The position numbers and the translations under genes were made by a program. The notes beneath the pieces are model-generated. The model ran no database searches. It was given only the letters and a program-made list of their open reading frames with translations, and had not been told where the DNA came from. From an uncultured virus (IMG/VR IMGVR_UViG_3300044845_000975) (taxonomy: Duplodnaviria; Heunggongvirae; Uroviricota; Caudoviricetes): DNA of 64,000 nt. Of this stretch, positions 1 to 7,321 are shown piece by piece. Numbering within the stretch: position 1 is the stretch's first letter; each line of letters begins with the position of its first letter. The stretch is taken from IMG/VR virus record IMGVR_UViG_3300044845_000975, one strand, 5' to 3'.

Positions 1-64
1 TTTTTGGCCAAAGTTTTGCGGCGATTTCTAATTCGTATTCTGCTAGCTCTTTTGTTTCGTTCAT
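1..64 (-). CDS. small hypothetical early protein, 3'-truncated by window edge (MNETKELAEYELEIAAKLLAK...)
   Basis: ATG at 64 on the minus strand, open to the window edge; preceded by TTGCTT-N16-TAAAGT-N5; N-terminus MNE like neighbours. Confidence 0.6.
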   Translation of the reverse strand, partial: MNETKELAEYELEIAAKLWPK

Positions 65-97
65 AGTTTACTTTACCACACGCCAGAAACAAAGCAA
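65..97 (-). promoter_or_regulatory. sigma70-type leaderless promoter
   Basis: TTGCTT-N16-(TGg)TAAAGT-N5-ATG. Confidence 0.6.
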
Positions 98-181
98 GCA
101 CAAAAGATTCTTTTTTTATTCTTTTTTATCTTATGGAAATTATCATGCCAAGTTTGGAATTAAAAATTTATTTTTTTTCTG

Positions 182-229
182 CTTGACACACTTTTTTCTT
201 GACACACTTTTTTCTTGACACGTTTTTTT
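182..229 (+). repeat. 3x tandem 16-bp repeat CTTGACACACTTTTTT
   Basis: copies start at 182, 198, 214 (third imperfect); about 1.5 copies recur at 934-957. Confidence 0.9.
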
Positions 230-253
230 CTAGGGCATAGGGACAGGTCTTAA

Positions 254-288
254 GGATTATACCTAACCAGGGCCCCCCTGGGTAGGTA
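254..288. repeat. 35-bp direct repeat copy 1, with internal inverted repeat
   Basis: GGATTATACCTAACCAGGGCCCCCCTGGGTAGGTA, identical to 992-1026. Confidence 0.95.
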
Positions 289-336
289 TTTCACCTACGG
301 GTTTTTTTGTCAAATTTTTTCTTTTTTTTTTTTTTT

Positions 337-570
337 TTATTTTTCCATTGACAAGTCCCAGTCTAAGCTTGCGGGACAGAAGGGAATTCCTTGTGCCTCT
401 GCATCAAGGCGCAACTTTTGGCGGTATTCTTTCAAGACTTCAATCGCCAGTTGCCTAGGCGCTGAGACGATGCGACTCCATGCGGCACGCTGATAAGGGG
501 AAAACTTTCCGCAGTCATTCCAGTTCAGGCGGGAAGCATCGTCTTGAATTTGCTTTTTTATTTCGTTCAT
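337..570 (-). CDS. small hypothetical early protein
   Basis: 77-aa ORF with own promoter TTGATA-N16-TAATAT-N7-ATG. Confidence 0.75.
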   Translation of the reverse strand: MNEIKKQIQDDASRLNWNDCGKFSPYQRAAWSRIVSAPRQLAIEVLKEYRQKLRLDAEAQGIPFCPASLDWDLSMEK

Positions 571-608
571 GGCTGGTATATTAGAGAGATTTAAGAGCTT
601 ATCAATCT

Positions 609-815
609 TTATTTGAATTTATTTTTGATGGCGGAAAGCTTGGCGAATTCGTTGCGATAGTATGTTTCACTATCATAGCCATTCTTTTGTGCCCATTCGG
701 CGGCATGGTCGCAATCTTTCATCTTGTATTCCAGCGCGTTCCATAGCGCGACTAGTTCCTCATTCGTGAGGGTGACAGTGAGAGTGACGGGAGGGAAAGA
801 AGTTGTTTCGTTCAT
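609..815 (-). CDS. small hypothetical early protein
   Basis: 68-aa ORF with own promoter TTGCGC-N16-TAATAT-N6-ATG. Confidence 0.75.
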   Translation of the reverse strand: MNETTSFPPVTLTVTLTNEELVALWNALEYKMKDCDHAAEWAQKNGYDSETYYRNEFAKLSAIKNKFK

Positions 816-991
816 GTTGTTATATTAGCACAGCACAAAGCAGGCGCAAGCATTAACGCGTTTTTTTTCTTTTGTTTTTTTACGGTATGGGAAAGCGTGC
901 CAAGTTTGCAGAAAAGTTTTTTTTATTTTTTTGCTTGACACACTTTTTCTCTTGACAAGTGTATCTTTAGTGCCCTAGATGAAAGTCCTAG

Positions 992-1026
992 GGATTATAC
1001 CTAACCAGGGCCCCCCTGGGTAGGTA
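992..1026. repeat. 35-bp direct repeat copy 2, with internal inverted repeat
   Basis: identical to 254-288. Confidence 0.95.
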
Positions 1027-1061
1027 AAAGTCTTAAGGCTCTTACTAACCCCCTAGGTATC

Positions 1062-1265
1062 TTACTTAGGGCCGAAAATTTCATTTCTCCAACTCTCGTA
1101 TTCTGCCTTGCAAAAGTCACTTAAGGCTTGCGAAGCATGTTCCTCTACTTCTTTGTAGTATGGCCTACCAGTGTTTTGATGGTTGACATTCGCCAAGCCG
1201 CATGCATGGGAAAGTGCCGTTTTAATTGCATCGAACTGTTCGTTGGTGAGGGAGATTGTCTTCAT
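1062..1265 (-). CDS. small hypothetical early protein
   Basis: 67-aa ORF with promoter TTGACA-N16-TAATAT-N9-ATG; N-terminus TISLTNEQ resembles TVTLTNEE of 609..815. Confidence 0.75.
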   Translation of the reverse strand: MKTISLTNEQFDAIKTALSHACGLANVNHQNTGRPYYKEVEEHASQALSDFCKAEYESWRNEIFGPK

Positions 1266-1303
1266 AGTAGGGTTATATTAAAGAGTTAAAAAGGCTTGTC
1301 AAA

Positions 1304-1585
1304 TTAGAATTGAATCTGAGCAGTGAAAAAACTTTTATATTTGCCGTCCGATGTCTTGAACGTAGCGTATTCCTTGCCAGTCTTTGCACTGATTGCAACG
1401 TGGCGAAAGGTAACATTTTCAACTCTAACCATGCCTTCTTCCTTTTCATAATTGAAAGAAGTCATGCTAGCGAGAATGTTTTCCAGTGGAGTTTCTTCTT
1501 TCTGGATTGTCACTTCGCGCTTTGTGCTAGCGAGAAGGGCGAGGATTTCTTCAGTGGTGGCGAGGGCGGGCAGGTTGTTTTCCAT
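1304..1585 (-). CDS. small hypothetical early protein (MENNLPALATT..., 93 aa)
   Basis: start moved from GTG 1630 to ATG 1585 because TTGCGC-N16-TACTAT-N6 sits directly upstream of it. Confidence 0.7.
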   Translation of the reverse strand: MENNLPALATTEEILALLASTKREVTIQKEETPLENILASMTSFNYEKEEGMVRVENVTFRHVAISAKTGKEYATFKTSDGKYKSFFTAQIQF

Positions 1586-1765
1586 GCATCTATAGTAGCA
1601 CTCCCCTTTAGTTGCGCAAGTGACAATCACTCTTTTTTTATTCTTTTTTTAGCTATTGAGACGAGTCGCAACAAGGCTCCCCCCCATTTCCTGGAAATTT
1701 TGACTAACGAATTTTTTGGAAAACGGCCAGGGGTGGATTTTCTCAATCTCTAACTCAATTTTCAA

Positions 1766-1845
1766 CATTATCTCCCATTATCTCCCATTATATCTTATTC
1801 TCCCCTCTTCTCTCCCATTATCTTTCCCGTTATCTTTCCTATTCT
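1766..1845 (+). repeat. degenerate pyrimidine-rich tandem repeats (TATCTCCCAT / TATCTTTCC)
   Basis: about 6 imperfect units in a non-coding, almost G-free stretch. Confidence 0.75.
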
Positions 1846-1936
1846 TTCTTTATATATTCTTTTGCTTACTCCCCCCCTTTTTCCTAAAAACGCCGCCTCT
1901 TGCCCAAATGGGCAAAAAGCTTCGCCTAGAAAAAAA

Positions 1937-2347
1937 TCAGCCCAATATCTCGTCAAACCCATTTTCGGAGTTCGAATATATTATTTTTTTATATCCTACT
2001 TGGTTTAGTATTCTTTGGCAGTTTGGGCATGGTTTGGCTATTGATGTTTTGTTGTTGTTGTCTATTCTAATGTTTACAAAAGTGTAGCGCGAGCAGTCTT
2101 CCTCGCCCAAGCGCAAGAGAGCGCTAATCTCAGAATGCAAGCAAGGATTGTATTGACTAGGGTTTTGTTTATAGCCGCAGTATTTTCCCATTTTGTGATA
2201 GGGATGTTCTTTGTTGTAGTTGTTGGTTCCAATGCTTAAAATGCGGTTCTTGTTGAAAATAAATGTAGTATGAAAGCTTTTTCCTGTTTGTTTTTTTGGT
2301 CTAAGCCCCAAAGATATTTCAATACATTTTTCCAAACGTTTGTTCAT
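1937..2347 (-). CDS. zinc-dependent cytidine/dCMP deaminase-fold protein
   Basis: HSE...PCPNC motif (HxE/PCxxC). Confidence 0.8.
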   Translation of the reverse strand: MNKRLEKCIEISLGLRPKKQTGKSFHTTFIFNKNRILSIGTNNYNKEHPYHKMGKYCGYKQNPSQYNPCLHSEISALLRLGEEDCSRYTFVNIRIDNNNKTSIAKPCPNCQRILNQVGYKKIIYSNSENGFDEILG

Positions 2348-2380
2348 GAGTGTAACTTAATTTATAACGCTTTATTGTCA

Positions 2381-3289
2381 ATGGCCAAATTCATTAAATA
2401 CACGGATGTTCCCGTTTTCGCGAACTTTAGCAGTCCAAATCAAGCTCCCGTTACTGGTGGCGGCGATACGGACTTGATGGCTGCGAATGATGTGTCAATT
2501 AATTTTGAGACTTCCCTAGAGGCGCGAAAATATTTGGGCAAAACTCCCATCAGCAATGACTATGCGCCCACTGGACCATTGCAAGCAAAAATTTCTTTTT
2601 CTTGGTTTCCTCTCATTGGGGAAAACGCGAATTCTCGTTTAATTTCACAAACTGGCGTATTAGGACTCACTGGCGAATTTGAGACGGGTTATCAGATTAG
2701 AGTTGGTAATTTCTTGTTTAAAGATTGTCACTTGAATTCCTACACTATACAAATCACTCCATATCAGCCAATTGTATTTAGCGCCGATTTTAACAGCTAT
2801 GACACAGAAACAATTGAAGGAACTGCATTCACTGGTTTGGCAGGCTCGCCAGCGCTGCTCAAGGCTGCTGGTACTGGCGCTTATTTCGATTCTTTACACG
2901 CTTTGGCGGTTGGCATAACTGGAAACCTAGAACCACTACCTCAAAGCAAACGAAGCGTGCAAATCAACGCTTCCTGTGGCCGCAGCGCGGTTTACACAAT
3001 TGGCAGCAAAACTCCAGAGCGAGTATTGCTAAACAGCGTGGAGCGCACAGTAACTATTGAGGGTGAGAACGTTGGGCAAATCATTAATTACAATGGCAGC
3101 GGCGATGGTTCCAGTGTTAGTTTTCGATTCTCTCCTTTTCGCTATTTCATTACTGGACAATCTTTTGATCCCAAAACTGACTATAAACTAGCAATTGATG
3201 TGAGCGGCAAAATTGTTAGTCAGTCTCTCACTCAGCAACCAGGAAATACTTTAAATGGCAGCGTTTCTATCAAAGAAAACATTTATTAA
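2381..3289 (+). CDS. tail tube-like virion protein
   Basis: beta-rich; shares Y-x-I and R-x3-Y-x-I-G-S patterns with the tail tube; start placed at ATG 2381 (MAKFIKY) to avoid overlap with the divergent gene. Confidence 0.55.
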   Translation: MAKFIKYTDVPVFANFSSPNQAPVTGGGDTDLMAANDVSINFETSLEARKYLGKTPISNDYAPTGPLQAKISFSWFPLIGENANSRLISQTGVLGLTGEFETGYQIRVGNFLFKDCHLNSYTIQITPYQPIVFSADFNSYDTETIEGTAFTGLAGSPALLKAAGTGAYFDSLHALAVGITGNLEPLPQSKRSVQINASCGRSAVYTIGSKTPERVLLNSVERTVTIEGENVGQIINYNGSGDGSSVSFRFSPFRYFITGQSFDPKTDYKLAIDVSGKIVSQSLTQQPGNTLNGSVSIKENIY

Positions 3290-3307
3290 AAGTGTATATA
3301 CTCTTGG

Positions 3308-4030
3308 ATGGCAAAATCTAAAAAATCATTAGACGGTTCTGTTGAGATTGGTTCAGCAGAAAGAAAAATTGACTTCAAGCAGCGCAAATTTAAATTCTCT
3401 GAAAAGCAGAAAAAACTTTTAGAAATTTGCTTAAATCCCGAAACAAAAGCAGTATTTATTACTGGCCCAGCGGGAAGCTCCAAAACCTTTATGGCGGTTT
3501 ATGCTGCCTTGAATCTTTTAACAATTAATAAAGACTGGGATATGACTTATATTCGCAGTTTAGCAGAAAGCGGCGATAGAGGCATTGGCAGCTTGCCAGG
3601 AACTGTGGATGAGAAATTTGCACCCTTCTTAATTCCCTTGGAGGATAAAATGGAGGAAATCATTTCTACACCTTCCATTATTAATCTTAAAAAAGATGGC
3701 GTTATTAATGCATTGCCAGTGAACTTTATTCGCGGCTCTAGCTGGACAAACAAGATTGTTGTTTGCGACGAGTCTCAGAATTTTTCTAAAAAAGAATTAG
3801 TTACTATAATCACTAGAATTGGTGAGAATGCTAAACTGTTTCTTTGCGGCGATTTAATGCAAAGCGACATTCGCTCCAGCGGCTTTGACCAGTTTGTTGA
3901 ACTCTTCAATGATGAAGAGAGCGCAGCCCAAGGAATTCATGTTTTCAAATTTGATAAAGACGATATTTATCGCAGCGAAATCTTGAAATTTATCGTTGGA
4001 AAATTAGAAAAATTGGGTAAAAAGGTGTAA
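3308..4030 (+). CDS. phoH: PhoH-like ATPase
   Basis: GPAGSSKT Walker A, IGSLPG, FIRG, DESQN, ITRIGE, GDLMQSD. Confidence 0.93.
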   Translation: MAKSKKSLDGSVEIGSAERKIDFKQRKFKFSEKQKKLLEICLNPETKAVFITGPAGSSKTFMAVYAALNLLTINKDWDMTYIRSLAESGDRGIGSLPGTVDEKFAPFLIPLEDKMEEIISTPSIINLKKDGVINALPVNFIRGSSWTNKIVVCDESQNFSKKELVTIITRIGENAKLFLCGDLMQSDIRSSGFDQFVELFNDEESAAQGIHVFKFDKDDIYRSEILKFIVGKLEKLGKKV

Positions 4031-4033
4031 TAT
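4025..4033 (+). promoter_or_regulatory. phage-specific promoter motif GTGTAATAT
   Basis: 14 nt upstream of ATG 4039; same motif recurs before many genes. Confidence 0.6.
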
Positions 4034-4038
4034 TTATT

Positions 4039-4317
4039 ATGCCCGAAAAATCCCTATTCTCTAAGAATTCTTTCGACTGGTTCAGCACCTTTAAAAGTGT
4101 TGCTCTTGTGATTGCGGGTATTGCTGTTTTATGGTTGAATAGTAATTATGCGTCCGTTGTCGATTTGCAGAATTTGCAAAAAGAAGTTGATAGTATTGAA
4201 GCAAAAACACAAATACTTGATCAAAGAATGCAATCTATTGTTGAATTAATCAATACTAAACTTGAATATATAAAGCGGGACACGGACGAGATTAAGAAAA
4301 AACTAGAACAAAAATAA
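4039..4317 (+). CDS. single-pass membrane protein with C-terminal coiled coil
   Basis: VALVIAGIAVLWL hydrophobic helix followed by heptads. Confidence 0.7.
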   Translation: MPEKSLFSKNSFDWFSTFKSVALVIAGIAVLWLNSNYASVVDLQNLQKEVDSIEAKTQILDQRMQSIVELINTKLEYIKRDTDEIKKKLEQK

Positions 4318-4320
4318 TAT

Positions 4321-4689
4321 ATGGCAGCTTCCTTTTGTACAAATTGTGGTCACAAAATGACCTATAGCTTTTCACCTCCAAATTTTTGTGGAAAATGTGG
4401 TACAAAATTAAACGCATCTGCGGCAAATGCTTCAGTTGCGCCTAAAGCTGTTGCTAAAAAAATGAATAATGCTGAAGAAGATGAGTGGATTGATGATGAC
4501 GGTAACGAAGAGTATTCAAACTCAGAAGACCTTCCATCTATTTCTTCTCTTGCTTATGAACTAGAAAACGATTCAACAAATCGCCAATACCAATTGGGCG
4601 AACTTTTTGGCCAAGCTAGAATTATTAATCGCAGAAATCGTGCCGTCTCTGTAGATGACTTTAAAGAACGGCATGGCAAAAAAAATTAA
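4321..4689 (+). CDS. zinc-ribbon protein with acidic region
   Basis: CTNC...CGKC. Confidence 0.75.
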   Translation: MAASFCTNCGHKMTYSFSPPNFCGKCGTKLNASAANASVAPKAVAKKMNNAEEDEWIDDDGNEEYSNSEDLPSISSLAYELENDSTNRQYQLGELFGQARIINRRNRAVSVDDFKERHGKKN

Positions 4690-5359
4690 AATACCTTTCG
4701 AGGAAAAATTATCCATCATTGAAAACGAAATCAGGAAGCGCCGAAATAAATGGCAGCTTAATGTTTTAAAGTGGCTTTCGTTTGAAGATGTGGAACAAAT
4801 TATTAAAGTCCACATTTACAAGAAGTGGGATATGTGGGATCAATCCAAGCCTTTAGAGCCTTGGGTTTCTCGCATTGTTTCCAACCAAATGAGAAACTTA
4901 ATTAGGAATAATTATACCAATTATGTTAAGCCATGCATGAATTGTCCTCATAATTTGGGAGATGATCTTTGCGCACTCTCTCCCAGAGGAGTTCAGGATT
5001 CTTTTTGTGATCTCTATTCCGTTTGGGAAAAAAGCAAGAAACATGGATACAATATTAAAATTCCATTAGAAATGGAAAACCATTCTCGCGAAGTCGAGAA
5101 CATGTCTTGCAATAATATTGATTTTGAAGAAGCTATTGTTTTGCTTAATGAGCAAATGAAAAAAGTATTATCCGATAATTACTATAAAGCTTATTGCATG
5201 TTGTATTTCGAAAAGAAAACAGACGAGGAAGTTGCTTTATTTTTAGGCTACCGATCCAGCGAAAAGAACAGAAAAATTGGATACAAACAAATCAAAAATC
5301 TTAAAAAGCTGTTTCGAGACAAGGCAATTGAGATTCTTAAAAATTCTGATATTTTATGA
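4673..5359 (+). CDS. phage RNA polymerase sigma factor-like protein
   Basis: region 2-like FEDVEQ...WDQSKPLEPWVSRIVSNQMRN; region 4-like KTDEEVALFLGY; Cys-rich insert. Confidence 0.75.
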   Translation: MAKKIKIPFEEKLSIIENEIRKRRNKWQLNVLKWLSFEDVEQIIKVHIYKKWDMWDQSKPLEPWVSRIVSNQMRNLIRNNYTNYVKPCMNCPHNLGDDLCALSPRGVQDSFCDLYSVWEKSKKHGYNIKIPLEMENHSREVENMSCNNIDFEEAIVLLNEQMKKVLSDNYYKAYCMLYFEKKTDEEVALFLGYRSSEKNRKIGYKQIKNLKKLFRDKAIEILKNSDIL

Positions 5360-6408
5360 AGGAGCTAACAGAAGAACAAAAACAATTCTTGCGCGAAAAT
5401 TTCGCCAAGACTCCAGATTTAAATGAACTCACAAGAGCCTGCTTTAATGACCCAAGTTTAGATGGGCGTAAAAAAGAAGGCCGATTAGTAAGTAAATTTT
5501 TAACTGAAAATAATTTACAATACTCTACTACTAAAAAAGTCAAGAGCGATGAGATTGAATTAACAAACGCTCAAAAAGAATTTATTATCCTACAAACTCA
5601 AGCTGGACTCTCTTCCTTAAGAATTGCTGAACTTATTTTCTCTGATCGAGAAGTAAAAAAACTAGGAATGGAGCAGCGCACTGTTTTGGATTATATTCGA
5701 TCCATTAATCCTGATTTTGTTATTGGTAGTGAAAATGCTGCTTTAACAGACTATGCTCCACCCAAAGCTTTTAGCCGTGTTCTAAAAAAAGTGAATGATG
5801 CTACAGGTTTAACTCTTGATGAAACTAAGCTATCTCGTCAATACAAGATTTGCGTGGATAGGCTCGGAATAAATTTAAACAACTCGCGTTTTGTAGCAAT
5901 CATGAACAATTATTTGTCCGTGAAAGATAGAATGCTTTTTGAGGAAGAGTTTATTCGTTTAACTTGGGACAAGCCAGACTTATCTGCTGACGAACTAAAT
6001 CTTTACATGAATGTTTGCAAGGAAATCATTAACCTTGAAGTTGTTGGTAAACATTTAAACAAATTAAATGAACAATTCGATGAAATCGAAGACCAGCAAG
6101 ACATGAGTGTTCGCTTGGCTGAAATCATCAAGGCAAAGTCTAGCGAATATCACCAGTGCGAAGGGCGAATTGAAAACCTTACCAAGAAGTTGCAGGGTGA
6201 TCGCGCTGAAAGAATGAAAAGCAGATACAAAGATAACGCTTCAATTGTTTCTCTTGTTCAAATGTTTCAAGACGAGGAAGAAAGAAAAAATATGGTTAAA
6301 ATTGCAGAAATGCAAAAACAAATCGTATCAGAAGAAGCAAACCGCTTAGAAAGCATGGGCGAATGGAAAGCTCGTATTCTTGGTTTATCTAAAGATGATG
6401 TTATTTAA
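5356..6408 (+). CDS. hypothetical protein with HTH-like and coiled-coil regions (possible terminase small subunit)
   Basis: 350-aa ORF with two LT(E/N)xQKxF helical repeats; position upstream of terminase. Confidence 0.5.
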   Translation: MKELTEEQKQFLRENFAKTPDLNELTRACFNDPSLDGRKKEGRLVSKFLTENNLQYSTTKKVKSDEIELTNAQKEFIILQTQAGLSSLRIAELIFSDREVKKLGMEQRTVLDYIRSINPDFVIGSENAALTDYAPPKAFSRVLKKVNDATGLTLDETKLSRQYKICVDRLGINLNNSRFVAIMNNYLSVKDRMLFEEEFIRLTWDKPDLSADELNLYMNVCKEIINLEVVGKHLNKLNEQFDEIEDQQDMSVRLAEIIKAKSSEYHQCEGRIENLTKKLQGDRAERMKSRYKDNASIVSLVQMFQDEEERKNMVKIAEMQKQIVSEEANRLESMGEWKARILGLSKDDVI

Positions 6409-7321
6409 ATGTTTAGAATGTCAACAATCGTTCGATAGTGAACGCAGTCTTCATGCTCATATTAAAAAGCATGATATGTTTCTTCATGATTATTATGTGA
6501 AGCATTTTCGTCGTAAAGATTTATTAACTGGCGACTTGCTGCCTTTTAAAAATAAAGAGCAGTATTTTTCTTGTTATTTTCTTAACCAAGAGAATCAAAA
6601 GATTTATTTCGACAAACAATACCCAAAAGATTTGGATGTTCAAATGATTCTTTTGGAAATGCTTTCTTCCAAAACTAAAGACTTAGTTTGTCCATCTGAA
6701 ATTATTTTAAATAGTTATGGCTTGCCAAGCATTTCTGTATATAAAAAGTTTTTTGGAACCTTCACGCACGCCTGCGCGGGCGCGGGAGGAGAACCTCTTT
6801 ACAACGGAAAAATACCACAAGATTTTGGCGAAAAAATTAACGCCAAGATTTTCATTGATACGCGAGAGCAACAACCTCTTTCGTTTCCGCAAAGCGAAGC
6901 TCTTAAGTTGGATTTGGGAGACTATGGCATTGAAAATAAATTTTTTGATTATACTTTTGTTGACAGAAAATCAGAGGGAGATTTTAAATCTACTTTGAGC
7001 CAAGACAACTACGAGCGTTTTCGCAGGGAGTTGCAAAGAGCTAGAGATCAGGATTGTTTTATCTTTGTGGTTGTAGAGAGCGACATGGGGCAGATTGAAA
7101 AAAATAACATCAAATCAAAGCATCAAGCTAACCTTGCTTACATCTATCATAATATGCGAGCTTTGCAACTAGAATTTAAAGATTGCTGTCAATTTATCAT
7201 GACTTCTAATCGAGACAACAGCATCAAACTTATACCACGTTTATTGAGGCATGGTAGAAAGCTATGGAATGTTGATTTACAATATTATATTAACGAGGGA
7301 CTTTTATATGGCTTGGATTGA
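6395..7321 (+). CDS. C2H2 zinc finger plus ERCC4 (XPF/Mus81-type) nuclease
   Basis: CLEC...HIKKH; IDTREQQP, LDLGDY, VDRKSEGDF. Confidence 0.8.
   Translation: MMLFKCLECQQSFDSERSLHAHIKKHDMFLHDYYVKHFRRKDLLTGDLLPFKNKEQYFSCYFLNQENQKIYFDKQYPKDLDVQMILLEMLSSKTKDLVCPSEIILNSYGLPSISVYKKFFGTFTHACAGAGGEPLYNGKIPQDFGEKINAKIFIDTREQQPLSFPQSEALKLDLGDYGIENKFFDYTFVDRKSEGDFKSTLSQDNYERFRRELQRARDQDCFIFVVVESDMGQIEKNNIKSKHQANLAYIYHNMRALQLEFKDCCQFIMTSNRDNSIKLIPRLLRHGRKLWNVDLQYYINEGLLYGLD

Noticed and set aside
254..1026. 35-bp palindromic repeat as a CRISPR array
   Set aside because: Only two copies about 740 bp apart with genes between; no regular spacers
1310..2087. Plus-strand ORFs 1310..1753 and 1716..2087
   Set aside because: Antisense to better-supported genes or translations of low-complexity pyrimidine repeats
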